Notes: generated from the sequence alone by a model not told the origin. 32,000 nt of DNA from Candidatus Minimicrobia sp. QA0096 (GCF_963967315.1 NZ_OZ017288.1:210001-242000); one strand, 5' to 3'. Shown: positions 6,790 through 15,804, numbered from the stretch's first letter. A program made the numbers and translations.

Positions 6790-7668
6790 ATGACCAATAA
6801 AATCACGAAGATAACCAGGTATGCCATCCTAGAAGTTCTGGACACTTACATGGCCATCGACTTTTATGGCAGATTAAACGAAGTAGAGTTCTGGGAGCGC
6901 ATATTCAACCTAGAAAAACTACCATCTACCGACAGCCGTTACCCTGACATGAAGAGCGACCTGTGGCAGCACCGCGTGAATAACGATGATTGGGATGACA
7001 ACTGGTACATTGATAAGTTTGACCTGCTGGAAACAGAAGACGCCAAGTTCCTGAAATTCCTGGCCGAGTTCTTCCATCCGGAAGTTAGAGATATAAATTG
7101 GAACACCAAAAGAGTCTTGGCGACCATCAACAAAAACTTGGCACTTGATGGCGTAGAGTTGTATGCCAAGTCAAAAGTATCAGGCCGCGACATACTGGGT
7201 GCTAGAAATATCACGCCCGCCACACAGATAGATGAAACACCGCTCGCAATTATAGACAACGACTTTATATCGCTACAGATCAACAAAAATGTTTACGACC
7301 ACATCAAACAGTACTTAATCAACGAGGACTACTTCCATGCGGTGGACGAAGCATACAAATTGGTACGCAGCAAACTGCAAGAGATAACTGGCAACGAAAA
7401 AGCCACCGAAGTGTTCAGTATGAATGCCGAGAACAGAAAATACTACATGCAACTGTTTGGCAAATCGGACGGCACAACCCATGCCGAAAAAGATTTCTTC
7501 CGCGGTGTCGGTTACCTGAACCTGACCATACAATTTTTACGCAATGAAAAAGCGCACACACCGGCAGCAGCTCTTGAGCGTAACCTGGCTATTCACTACA
7601 TATCGCTTTCTAGTTTGGCCTATGATTTGATTACTCGCAATGAGACAGAACAAGATGACAAGGTCTGA
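6790..7668 (+). CDS. AbiJ-like protein: AbiJ-NTD-like N-terminus plus a C-terminal HEPN / TIGR02391-type domain
   Basis: GGAGGA RBS, 21 nt after the upstream stop. The C-terminus (DHIKQYL..HAVDEAYK...FLRNEKAH) carries the HEPN R-x4-H motif. The N-terminus (ITKITRYAILEVL...FWERIFNLEKLPSTDSRYP...FLKFLAEFFHPEVRD) resembles AbiJ N-terminal domains. Confidence 0.6.
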   Translation: MTNKITKITRYAILEVLDTYMAIDFYGRLNEVEFWERIFNLEKLPSTDSRYPDMKSDLWQHRVNNDDWDDNWYIDKFDLLETEDAKFLKFLAEFFHPEVRDINWNTKRVLATINKNLALDGVELYAKSKVSGRDILGARNITPATQIDETPLAIIDNDFISLQINKNVYDHIKQYLINEDYFHAVDEAYKLVRSKLQEITGNEKATEVFSMNAENRKYYMQLFGKSDGTTHAEKDFFRGVGYLNLTIQFLRNEKAHTPAAALERNLAIHYISLSSLAYDLITRNETEQDDKV

Positions 7669-7676
7669 TAAAACCC

Positions 7677-8131
7677 CGATGAGCCAGTAACGACAGTCAA
7701 AGAAGATAGGCTGATCGCACTGATTTTGCTAAAGGTCTAGCTGAAGTGCTCGTCAAAGTACCAAACTCTGAGTCATTCACGGTCGGGTTATATGGTGCTT
7801 GAGATAGTGGCAAAACATCCGTGGATAAAATAACCGAAGAATGTCTGACTCAAAAAAACATCCAAACGATATCGAGATTATGGACTTCAGTCCGTGGCTA
7901 TTTACTAGCATAGAAAACCTGCACATAATGTCCTTTGGCACACCAGCACAGGAACTCAGTAAGAAATCAGTAGCCGAGCTAACTGGCACAACCGGGGCGC
8001 CACTATTTGCTCGCATAGCATCTGGAGGTCTATCAGCCTTGAGTGGTAATAAGACCGTAAGTGCCGAAGCGCAATGCGCCTCAAAGTATATGATAGATTG
8101 TAAAATTAAATGCGGCACCTCTAGCAAGTAA
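7677..8131 (+). pseudogene. KAP-family P-loop NTPase pseudogene (N-terminal fragment, stop plus frameshifts)
   Basis: One frame reads DFAKGLAEVLVKVPNSESFTVGLYGA*DSGKTS, placing a TGA stop inside the Walker A motif GxxxxGKT. Homology continues in another frame (IEIMDFSPWLFTSIENL). There is no intact start and the region is truncated downstream. Confidence 0.6.
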
Positions 8132-8192
8132 AAAACTCATACTAACTTCGTGTAAAATGTTAATAACAACAAAAACACACACGGAGGTTAAT

Positions 8193-8517
8193 ATGAGTCA
8201 TAGTTATCTTACCCTAAACGATGGAAATAATATAGAGGTAAGGAATTTGCTTGTTATGAAAAAGTAAAAATGAATTAAACGTAGACTTTTATTTCGCAGA
8301 TCCATATAGCGCTTGGCAAAGAGGGACTAGCGAAAAATAGTAATGGCCTACTTAGAGAATTCTTTCCAAAGAAAACTGATTTAGCTAAAATCAAAAATAA
8401 AGAACTAGTAGATGTTATATATAAAAAAACTCCAGACCGAGAAAATGCCTAGAGTTTGATACGCCATTTGAACGTTTCATGCACGAATTAAATTTGTTAG
8501 GAGAGGTGTCGCAATAA
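8193..8517 (+). mobile_element. IS30-family transposase relic (internally deleted and frameshifted)
   Basis: An N-terminal fragment MSHSYLTLNDGNNIE is followed by C-terminal catalytic-domain pieces spread over three frames: FYFADPYSAWQRGTSE / NSNGLLREFFPKKTDLAKI / NSRPRKCLEFDTPFERF. Confidence 0.65.
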
Positions 8518-8576
8518 TTATTGCAATTCAACATAAAATAAAGAGAGTCTTTAGGGATCCGTAACTCTTATATGCT

Positions 8577-8661
8577 TGGTGTGGATGAAAGAACTTGAAC
8601 CTTCACGCCGTGAGGCACATGTTCCTAAGACATGCGTGTCTACCAATTCCATCACATCCGC
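8577..8661 (-). pseudogene. Degenerate inverted copy of tRNA-Leu(UAG)
   Basis: Full-length 85-nt copy with 5 substitutions relative to 5283-5367. The anticodon-stem change is compensated (CATGT/ACATG). C2.A71 and A10.C25 mismatches arise in the acceptor and D stems. Confidence 0.6.
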
Positions 8662-8737
8662 ATAGTTTGATATTGTGAAATATTTCTGTAAGTAAGTATA
8701 TCGGTAGATAAAATAAATTACCACATTTTTAATATTT

Positions 8738-10030
8738 TTATTTAACAGGAATTTTCTTTGCTAAATCTAATAACAACTCAATCAATTGCGAACTCATAAT
8801 AGGAGCCTCCTCTTTGCTTTTAAATAATCCTTTTGATTTTTTGACTTGATTATTCTCTTCATTATTGAATATTCGGTATGCAACTGTTTTGATAATTTCA
8901 TTTCTTAGTTTTACATCACCTTCAATACTTAGCAGATAAGGCTTTAGTGCTTTAAGTTGATGAGCTGTTCGTTGGTTAGCTCGCTGTGCTTTGCGGTGCT
9001 CGCTTGATTGAGTGGCTGTATATCCTGCTACACCTCCAGCAAATAGCATAACAAATGCTCGAGCTACTAAGGGTTGCCATGACACGGCCTTAGTATTAAT
9101 AACTTCATAAACTACCCAGCAAGAAAATCCTAACATTGCAAGCAGTAAAATTGCTGTTACTACACTCCATATATAAGCAACTATTTTATCTTCCTTAGCA
9201 CTACTAGAATAATCGTGGATTAGTGTTTTATCTCCAGCCATATTCAATAATTCATCTATTCTAGCAAGACTATCTTCTGCCTTCGCCTCAGTAGCGTTTA
9301 GCTTTTTATCTATGTCATCCGTAATGCGATCGGCTTCATTACTCTTTTTGCTAAATGTCTCTTCAATTGTACGTTTCTGCTCTTCAATAAATTTATTAAC
9401 CATCTCATTGCGTACATTTTCAGATTTTGTAAATGATAATTGCTGCTCAGCAGAGATTTTATTTGACGAATCTTTTATGTCTTTTAAATCTTTATTAAGT
9501 TCAGCCACTTTTGCACCAAGTGTTTCAAACTCGTTCTTAGCTTCAGTAACTTTTTCGTCAATGGTCTTTTCTGAGGCGGCTCCTTTAGCGGATATGCTAT
9601 TAATCTCTTTTGCTGCTACACGCTTATATTGACCGACTGACCTATTCAATCCCGCAATAGCTTTGCGAGTTTCTTTTATGTCCATAGCGGGTGTTAATGA
9701 AGGGATGTATGACAATATATTATCGATATATCCATTCATATAAGAAATATCTAGATACGCATCATTACGATAGTTTTGCCAGTTATCAAAGCACGAGCTT
9801 ACACCTGAAAGATAGTTGTTGATATTGTCAAGATTTGATATTGATATTAAGCGGTCGTCTGTATTATTAAGTCTATCTATTAAAAGTTCAATGACTAGTT
9901 TTGCCCGATTAATATCATCGATTGCTTCAAGAGATACATTACCAAGATCTACCTCATCAAATCTGGTTAATAGTTTCTTGGCTGCAGTGTATGTGGCACT
10001 ATTCTGTATACGATCTTCCCATTTACTCAT
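8738..10030 (-). CDS. Coiled-coil protein with two C-proximal transmembrane helices (unknown function)
   Basis: 430-aa ORF in a visibly AT-rich segment. It has its own extended -10 promoter (TGATATAAT on the minus strand, -10 at 10091-10096) and an AAGGA RBS. The N-terminal 270 aa are heptad-like and charged. Hydrophobic segments are IVAYIWSVVTAILLLAMLGFSCWVVY and LVARAFVMLFAGGVAGY. Confidence 0.65.
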   Translation of the reverse strand: MSKWEDRIQNSATYTAAKKLLTRFDEVDLGNVSLEAIDDINRAKLVIELLIDRLNNTDDRLISISNLDNINNYLSGVSSCFDNWQNYRNDAYLDISYMNGYIDNILSYIPSLTPAMDIKETRKAIAGLNRSVGQYKRVAAKEINSISAKGAASEKTIDEKVTEAKNEFETLGAKVAELNKDLKDIKDSSNKISAEQQLSFTKSENVRNEMVNKFIEEQKRTIEETFSKKSNEADRITDDIDKKLNATEAKAEDSLARIDELLNMAGDKTLIHDYSSSAKEDKIVAYIWSVVTAILLLAMLGFSCWVVYEVINTKAVSWQPLVARAFVMLFAGGVAGYTATQSSEHRKAQRANQRTAHQLKALKPYLLSIEGDVKLRNEIIKTVAYRIFNNEENNQVKKSKGLFKSKEEAPIMSSQLIELLLDLAKKIPVK

Positions 10031-10345
10031 GAGGCATTATTCCTTTTTGCTTAGTTGATTCGCTACCCCTTATTAAAAACTTTAAGTACCATTATATCAC
10101 CCTTGTTTTTAAAATTGACCACCTCTAAGAGTAGAGAACTTTACTTATTCAATTTGGCTAATTAAACTCCGCCCCAGACTCCAGAATTGACTCCTTGCGC
10201 CCCGTACAATAACAAACAAAAAACAACGAGCTAGAACTCTTATATCATTTTTGCCTTTATTGCCCATTATTTGCCTGTTGTAAGCCTTTTGTCGGCGGTG
10301 TGCGTAGTTCCTCCGCTAAGTGAAAAGAAAGCTTAATCATCTAGT

Positions 10346-10398
10346 CTTAGGAGCATGTGCCTCACGGCGTGAAGGTTCAAGTCCTTTCATCCGCACCA
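10346..10398 (+). repeat. 53-bp exact direct repeat of the 3' part of tRNA-Leu(UAG), an attR-like island boundary
   Basis: CTTAGGAGCATGTGCCTCACGGCGTGAAGGTTCAAGTCCTTTCATCCGCACCA is identical to 5315-5367. No tRNA 5' half lies upstream. Confidence 0.85.
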
Positions 10399-10419
10399 AG
10401 AATTGAATTTTTTACCATA

Positions 10420-10450
10420 AGAAAATCACCCATAGTTAGGGTGATTTTTA
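10420..10450. terminator. Bidirectional terminator between the tRNA-Leu fragment and cassette C
   Basis: AAAATCACCC-atagtta-GGGTGATTTT. This is homologous to 3405-3435 in inverted orientation. Confidence 0.7.
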
Positions 10451-10472
10451 ATATCATAAATTCACATTTCAA

Positions 10473-10525
10473 AGAAGGGGTTGACAGGCAACCGTAAGTA
10501 GAACGGACACTTATCAACCCTTTCT
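10473..10525 (-). other. Cassette C 3' closing hairpin containing the anti-leader segment
   Basis: Arms at 10473-10484 and 10514-10525 (GGGTTGA/TCAACCC core). The minus-strand CGGTTGCCTGTCA (10482-10494) complements leader TGACAGGCAATCG (11132-11144) with one G.U pair. Confidence 0.6.
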
Positions 10526-10561
10526 CATGGTCACGGCGAGATGCATGGACGTTTTAAATCA

Positions 10562-11014
10562 TCATCCCACGTACGGATAGAGATACTCGTCCTTATACAC
10601 TTCAGACTTGTATTTGTACCCGTATACCATACGGAATATCTGCGCCCAATCGCGCAGATCCCTCAAAGTCTCCGTCTTCTCTTTCGCGGCGTTTCTACAC
10701 TTGCTCCAGAGTTCTGACGTCTCCGGATAAGAACTCCTGTCCTTCCAGTAGTTTCCGCCATTTTTCACGATCCCAAGGAGGGATTCGCTGAATACCTTCT
10801 CGTAGTAGTCAGCGCGGACTTCGGCCTCAAGAGCCTCTTTTTCCGCCTGCTTAACGCAGGGGCGAAGGTAACCTTTCAGCTCCCGAAAACGTGCCATGGT
10901 GGCGCGCAACTCGTCCTCTGCTGCTTCTACATGCCGGAATGGACGAGGATTCTCGCTCGACCCGTAAATAAGCTCAGAGTCAGACTTTCCAAAAATGCGT
11001 CTGAGGATACTCAT
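10562..11014 (-). CDS. Hypothetical protein (cassette C cargo, 150 aa, Tyr/Lys-rich C-terminus)
   Basis: ORF lies directly behind the third copy of the conserved leader. No recognisable domain, and no resemblance to cargos A or B by eye. Confidence 0.6.
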   Translation of the reverse strand: MSILRRIFGKSDSELIYGSSENPRPFRHVEAAEDELRATMARFRELKGYLRPCVKQAEKEALEAEVRADYYEKVFSESLLGIVKNGGNYWKDRSSYPETSELWSKCRNAAKEKTETLRDLRDWAQIFRMVYGYKYKSEVYKDEYLYPYVG

Positions 11015-11225
11015 TGTTCCATCTTTCTTCTCATCCTCACGGGAACGTGATATGTACTATTCTTCAGTACAAGATGAGATTTCATCTCTCTCAACGATTC
11101 TTAAAAAAGAAATAAAACCTCATCTTGTATTCGATTGCCTGTCAAAGTTCACTTTCGGACAAGGATTTACTCAACTTGTCAACGAAAGCTACTTTCATTT
11201 ATACCATACTCGTGCAAAAAGTCAA
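11015..11225 (-). promoter_or_regulatory. Cassette C: extended -10 promoter plus the conserved structured 5' leader
   Basis: On the minus strand: TTGACT (11225-11220), 16-nt spacer, then TGgTATAAA (-10 at 11203-11198). The leader has P1 GACAAG/CTTGTC, a long P2, P3 GTACT/AGTAC, P4 CACG/CGTG and a GAGGATGAGAAGA block. Confidence 0.75.
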
Positions 11226-11321
11226 TTAGAATATACTCGGCATATCTTGTCAGGACTTGAAACCTGAACTATAATTAGCTCACATCACGAGTTCGTTAAA
11301 TAAAACGACAGATGTAATTAC

Positions 11322-11398
11322 GGGAAATTAGCTCAGTTGGCTAGAGCGCACGATTCACATTCGTGAGGTCACAGGTTCGAGCCCTGTATTTCCCACCA
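11322..11398 (+). tRNA. tRNA-Val (anticodon CAC), encoded CCA
   Basis: Manual cloverleaf: acceptor GGGAAAT/ATTTCCC, anticodon stem CACGA/TCGTG, loop TTCACAT, T-loop TTCGAGC. Confidence 0.9.
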
Positions 11399-11417
11399 TT
11401 TCACGTTAGGTATAAAT

Positions 11418-11939
11418 ATGGAATCTTTTTACGTTACGTCAACTCATCTTGACATAGATATGGCGACTGAACCTCATCCTTCTGGATTGGTTATATTCTC
11501 GCGAGAATTATCTACAAACGGGAAGCCGACTGGGCACATAATAGTATCTCCCGAGAACCATCATACAGATGTATATTACGATTATCTTACAAGGAATGAA
11601 GCTTTAGTAGCAGAACGTGAACATTGGGGAGTAAAAAATCAACAAGGCAAGATCGTAAATTACTTCGCCCGAACAGAACCTGCTTACGGAATATATATAC
11701 CCCGGTTAGACAGCATGCCAGACTACCCCGAACTACTAATAGCTTGTACGAAGAATAAAAAAGCGAAGAGATTAGCTCATCAAGAATTAAGAGTAGACTC
11801 GACGCAAGTTAAATTGGCGACTCAAGCTCTCGGTATAGTAATGGCTGATCTAGATATTTTACATAGAGCCGACGGTAAAACTCGGCTGATAAATTTCCCA
11901 AAAGACCAACTTGACGAACAGCAAATTACAGTATATTAA
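11418..11939 (+). CDS. Hypothetical protein (173 aa)
   Basis: An ORF of reasonable length in an otherwise empty interval after tRNA-Val. No recognisable motif. Confidence 0.45.
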   Translation: MESFYVTSTHLDIDMATEPHPSGLVIFSRELSTNGKPTGHIIVSPENHHTDVYYDYLTRNEALVAEREHWGVKNQQGKIVNYFARTEPAYGIYIPRLDSMPDYPELLIACTKNKKAKRLAHQELRVDSTQVKLATQALGIVMADLDILHRADGKTRLINFPKDQLDEQQITVY

Positions 11940-12012
11940 AGTATTAAACACAACTTTCACTCTTTTTATTTTCCCCTTATCGTGGTAAAATTTTATATTA
12001 AGAGGAAGGTCT

Positions 12013-13860
12013 GTGTTAATATCAGACCATATTTTTATGAAGGACGCTAGCAAGATTCGAAACATTGCCATTATTGCCCACGTCGACCACGGCAAAACAA
12101 CCATGGTTGACGGGCTATTAAAGCAGTCGCGAACATTCCGCGACAACCAAGCCGAGATGAGCCAGGAATTGATTATGGATTCCGGCGATCAAGAACACGA
12201 GCGCGGCATCACCATCACCGCCAAACAAACGTCAATTTTTTACGGCGACTATAAAATAAACATCATCGATACGCCAGGACACGCCGATTTCTCTGGCGAA
12301 GTTGAGCGAACCTTGAATATGGCTGACGGCGTTCTGTTGATCGTGGACGCACAGGAAGGTCCGATGCCTCAGACCAAATTCGTATTGGCGAAGGCACTTG
12401 AGCTGGGGCTGAAGCCTGTTGTGATTATCAATAAGATTGACAAGCCAGCCAGACGAATTGCCGAAGTTGAAGATGAGTTGAGCGATCTGTTTTTGGAGCT
12501 AGCGACCGACGATTCTCAATTGCAATATCCAATTTATTACGCAATCGGACGCGACGGAAAATCATGGAAAGAAATTCCTACAAACACCGACGAAGACGCG
12601 GATTTGACGCCAATTTTTGACGCGATTATTAACGATATTCCAGCGCCAGACGTGACGGAAGATGGCGCGTTTCAATTACTTGTTACCAGCTTACAATATG
12701 ACACATTCCAGGGGAAATACGCGATTGGGCGAATTGCTCGCGGATCTGTTAAGCGTGGCTTGCAAGTCAGTTTGATGAAAAATGGCGAAGTCGCGGGCTC
12801 GGCGCGAATTGAGAAAGTTTTTGGCTATCGCGGCTTGAATCGCGAAGAGCTTGACGAAGCTTTTGCTGGCGACATTGTGGCGCTGGTTGGCGTGGCTGAC
12901 GCGCATATTGGCGATACGATTGCCGACAAAGAACAGCCTGAAGCGCTACCGACAATCGACATTGAAGCGCCAACTCTGAGTATGTACCTCGGACCAAACA
13001 CCAGTCCAATGAAAGGGCGCGAAGGCGAGTTTACAACATCCAGGCAAATTGGCGACCGATTGAAGCGAGAGCTTGAAACTAACGTGGCGCTACGTGTTGA
13101 GGAAAACGGAATTGGCTTTACGATTTCTGGACGCGGTGAATTGCACCTAAGTGTTTTGATTGAAACTATGCGACGTGAAGGCTTTGAGTTTGAGGTTGGA
13201 CGACCGCAAGTCGTTACAATTACCGAGGACGGCGTCGAAAAAGAACCGATTGAAGAATTGCAAATTGAAGTTGGAAGCGAATTTATCGGCGCGATCAGCC
13301 AAGAGCTTGGCGCGCGACACGCTGAAATGAAATCCCAGGAAACGACCACCGTTGGCGCTGTTCGTTTGACTTACATTTTGCCAACGAGAGCTCTGATTGG
13401 TCTGCGCAACATTTTATTGACCGCCACTAGAGGTACGGTGATTATGAACTCCCTGCCTCACGGATATCAACCGATTGGCGGAAAACTGCCAAAAACCCGC
13501 AATGGAGTTTTGATTGCATTTGAAGCTGGCACAACAACACCTTACGCTTTGCAAGCAGCCGAAGCCCGTGGCGAATTATTAGTCGGACCAGGAACAGAAG
13601 TTTACGCCGGAATGATTGTCGGGATTTACAATCGCCAAGAAGATATCGAAATCAACGTTTGTAAAGCCAAGCATTTGACTAACATGCGCTCCAAATCGTC
13701 GGATGGAACTGTGCAATTGACGCCATTTACGCAATTTAGCTTGGAGCAATGTATCGACTTTATCGAAGATGACGAGCTTTTGGAAGTTACGCCAAAATCA
13801 TTACGACTTCGCAAGCGATATCTGGACGCAAATGAACGAAAACGCGCCGCAAAACAATAA
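12013..13860 (+). CDS. typA: Translational GTPase TypA/BipA
   Basis: [16 protein letters not shown] (G1), DTPGHADF (G3) and NKID (G4), with an EF-G-like domain layout and a TypA C-terminal domain. The start is either GTG 12013 (AGGAAGG only 3 nt upstream) or ATG 12037. Confidence 0.93.
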   Translation: MLISDHIFMKDASKIRNIAIIAHVDHGKTTMVDGLLKQSRTFRDNQAEMSQELIMDSGDQEHERGITITAKQTSIFYGDYKINIIDTPGHADFSGEVERTLNMADGVLLIVDAQEGPMPQTKFVLAKALELGLKPVVIINKIDKPARRIAEVEDELSDLFLELATDDSQLQYPIYYAIGRDGKSWKEIPTNTDEDADLTPIFDAIINDIPAPDVTEDGAFQLLVTSLQYDTFQGKYAIGRIARGSVKRGLQVSLMKNGEVAGSARIEKVFGYRGLNREELDEAFAGDIVALVGVADAHIGDTIADKEQPEALPTIDIEAPTLSMYLGPNTSPMKGREGEFTTSRQIGDRLKRELETNVALRVEENGIGFTISGRGELHLSVLIETMRREGFEFEVGRPQVVTITEDGVEKEPIEELQIEVGSEFIGAISQELGARHAEMKSQETTTVGAVRLTYILPTRALIGLRNILLTATRGTVIMNSLPHGYQPIGGKLPKTRNGVLIAFEAGTTTPYALQAAEARGELLVGPGTEVYAGMIVGIYNRQEDIEINVCKAKHLTNMRSKSSDGTVQLTPFTQFSLEQCIDFIEDDELLEVTPKSLRLRKRYLDANERKRAAKQ

Positions 13861-13879
13861 TTGCGTTAACCACAAAAAT

Positions 13880-13910
13880 AACCGCCCCGTAATGGAGCGG
13901 TTTATTTTTA
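13880..13910. terminator. Bidirectional terminator between typA and the convergent membrane-protein gene
   Basis: ACCGCCCC-gtaat-GGAGCGGT (one mismatch), flanked by A-rich sequence on one side and TTTATTTTT on the other. Confidence 0.6.
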
Positions 13911-13924
13911 TACGCAGACAGGAA

Positions 13925-14494
13925 TTAGTTGACAAGAGTTTCTTTGACTCGGCGAGAAGCAAAGAAGTACAAGATTACCAATCCTTCTACTATTAGCATT
14001 GTAACGATTCCGGTAATAAATGCTGAAACGTCTACTCCTGACCTTCCGGATGCATATATAACCACCGCATTTGCAACATTGCCCAATCCAGCCGTGGCGA
14101 TCGTAGCAACAGCTAGCCACTTACCAAGACGCTTCTGCATCGTTATAAACACAACCGCACAAATAGCCAAGACTACTAGTACAGGTGAAAATATCAAAGA
14201 AATGACGTTCTCTGGCTGACTAAGATTCATTATCGCCTGAAAAAACACTGCTGTATTGACAAGGCTACCGATAACGAAACAAACCACAAAGAACATTAAC
14301 CAACCCTTAACACCCTTCAGGGATTCTGCCATCACGACATATTGCACTGGCGCTGCTTGAGGTTGCGCAAAATATTGTTGACTAACTGGTTGCTGTTCAT
14401 ACGGTGTGTTCTGAGGTTGCGGTGCGGGACCGTATTGTGCATTTGGATCAGGCTGTGGCGCATATTGCGGCTGCTGAGGTTCTTGTTTTGGCAT
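13925..14494 (-). CDS. Membrane protein with a Pro/Gln-rich N-terminus and about 4 TM helices
   Basis: I chose the ATG at 14494 (AAAGGAGAAG RBS 5 nt upstream) over the tracked start at 14530. The PQ-rich repeats (PQQPQYAPQPDPNAQYGPAPQPQ) are followed by hydrophobic helices. Confidence 0.7.
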   Translation of the reverse strand: MPKQEPQQPQYAPQPDPNAQYGPAPQPQNTPYEQQPVSQQYFAQPQAAPVQYVVMAESLKGVKGWLMFFVVCFVIGSLVNTAVFFQAIMNLSQPENVISLIFSPVLVVLAICAVVFITMQKRLGKWLAVATIATAGLGNVANAVVIYASGRSGVDVSAFITGIVTMLIVEGLVILYFFASRRVKETLVN

Positions 14495-14530
14495 ATTAAC
14501 TTCTCCTTTTAAGAATATTGGTAATGCCAA

Positions 14531-15703
14531 TTATACCACATCCTTAATTTCCTCTGGTAAAAATCCTTTGTCGTGCTTAAAGCCAGCTTGCCACTTATAG
14601 TCCTTGTTATAGCCCAAATCTTTCATCAATTTGGTCGGAGCGTTTCTGAGATGCAACGGCACGGGAGAATTCGGATATTTGTGCGCCAATTCAAAAGCGC
14701 CATACATTAAATCGGTAATTTCACGCGACTTCTGACTGCGAGCCAGAGCAATAGCGCAATGGAATAAATTATACTTCGCCTCCGGAAGACCGACGCGCTC
14801 GACAGCCTCAAATGTTGCAATTGCCAAGCTCAGCGCACCATTGCCCGCCAGTCCAATATCTTCCGATGCAAAAATCACCATCCGCCGAGCAATAAACTTC
14901 GGATCCTCGCCCGCATCAATCATTCGCGCCAAATAATACGTCGCAGCCGTCGCGTCACTGCCCCTTAGCGACTTGATAAAAGCGGAAATCACATCGTAAT
15001 GCGAATCGCCTTTTTTATCATAGCCCGGAAGTCGCTTCTGAGCCGCCGCCTTAACCACTTCCGGCGTTACTTTTTCATTAAAACTCAGAGCCAATTCCAA
15101 ATTGCCCAGCGCCACCCTTGCATCGCCATCCGATAATTCCGCCAAATAGTCCAGAGCTTTGGGCGAAACCTGCTTAGACTTTTTCAAGACTTTCAGCGCT
15201 CTTTTTAATACGGATATAATCTCGTCTTTTGTCAATCGCTGGAGAACTAAAACTCGTGAACGCGACAGTAGCGGCGTGATGACTTCAAAGCTCGGATTCT
15301 CGGTCGTCGCGCCGATTAACGTAATTAGCCCACTCTCAACGTGCGGCAAAAACGCGTCTTGTTGAGCTTTATTAAATCGATGAATTTCGTCAACGAATAG
15401 AATTGTCCTAAGTCCTAAATTCCAATTTTGACGGGCGTGTTCAATTACCTGCTCAACGTCCTTTTTCCCGCTCGTAACCGCCGATAATTCAATGAACTCC
15501 GCCTTCACCTCGCGCGCAATAATCCGCGCCAACGTCGTTTTTCCAGTTCCCGGCGGACCCCACAATATCAAACTGACCGGCTCGCCATTCTTAACGATTC
15601 GCCTCAATAACTCGCCCTCGCCAAGCAAATGACTCTGCCCTATCACCTCATCCAGCGTCTGCGGTCTCATCTGTTCAGCCAGCGGCTGTCTACTATCACT
15701 CAT
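14531..15703 (-). CDS. rarA: Replication-associated recombination protein A (AAA+ ATPase)
   Basis: Walker [16 protein letters not shown], Walker [11 protein letters not shown], and a MgsA C-terminal domain. The ATG at 15703 is preceded by GGGAG and TATAAT; the tracked 15769 start adds 22 unlikely residues. Confidence 0.9.
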   Translation of the reverse strand: MSDSRQPLAEQMRPQTLDEVIGQSHLLGEGELLRRIVKNGEPVSLILWGPPGTGKTTLARIIAREVKAEFIELSAVTSGKKDVEQVIEHARQNWNLGLRTILFVDEIHRFNKAQQDAFLPHVESGLITLIGATTENPSFEVITPLLSRSRVLVLQRLTKDEIISVLKRALKVLKKSKQVSPKALDYLAELSDGDARVALGNLELALSFNEKVTPEVVKAAAQKRLPGYDKKGDSHYDVISAFIKSLRGSDATAATYYLARMIDAGEDPKFIARRMVIFASEDIGLAGNGALSLAIATFEAVERVGLPEAKYNLFHCAIALARSQKSREITDLMYGAFELAHKYPNSPVPLHLRNAPTKLMKDLGYNKDYKWQAGFKHDKGFLPEEIKDVV

Positions 15704-15804
15704 ACTCCCATTATATCGCGAAATCCATAAAGCCAAAAAGTCTCCGCCGTTTACACTTTCCTCGCACAAAATGCTACAATAGATCTATATAAATAGGAGG
15801 AAAA

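Noticed and set aside
7806-7808. The TGA inside the KAP Walker A motif could indicate UGA recoding (code 4 or 25), as in some candidate phyla.
   Set aside because: Many confidently identified genes in the window end at TGA at the expected length, for example the MTase at 18285-18287 and the Panacea gene at 20831-20833. The KAP region also needs frameshifts. A pseudogene is the simpler reading.
7777-8131. 116-aa (-) and 96-aa (+) ORFs between the AbiJ-like gene and the IS30 relic
   Set aside because: The plus-strand ORF is one frame fragment of the decayed KAP NTPase, and the minus-strand ORF is its shadow. Neither looks like an intact gene.
10252-10276. Three TTGCC motifs with roughly 10-bp phasing, as possible iterons or an origin
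   Set aside because: There are only three short motifs, with no nearby replication initiator and no DnaA boxes recognised. This is too weak to call, so it is mentioned only under the neighbouring finding.
12825-13349. 174-aa minus-strand ORF, plus 12691..12906 and 12767..13009, inside typA
   Set aside because: These are shadow ORFs antisense to typA. They are Ser/Arg/Pro-rich and have no independent signals.
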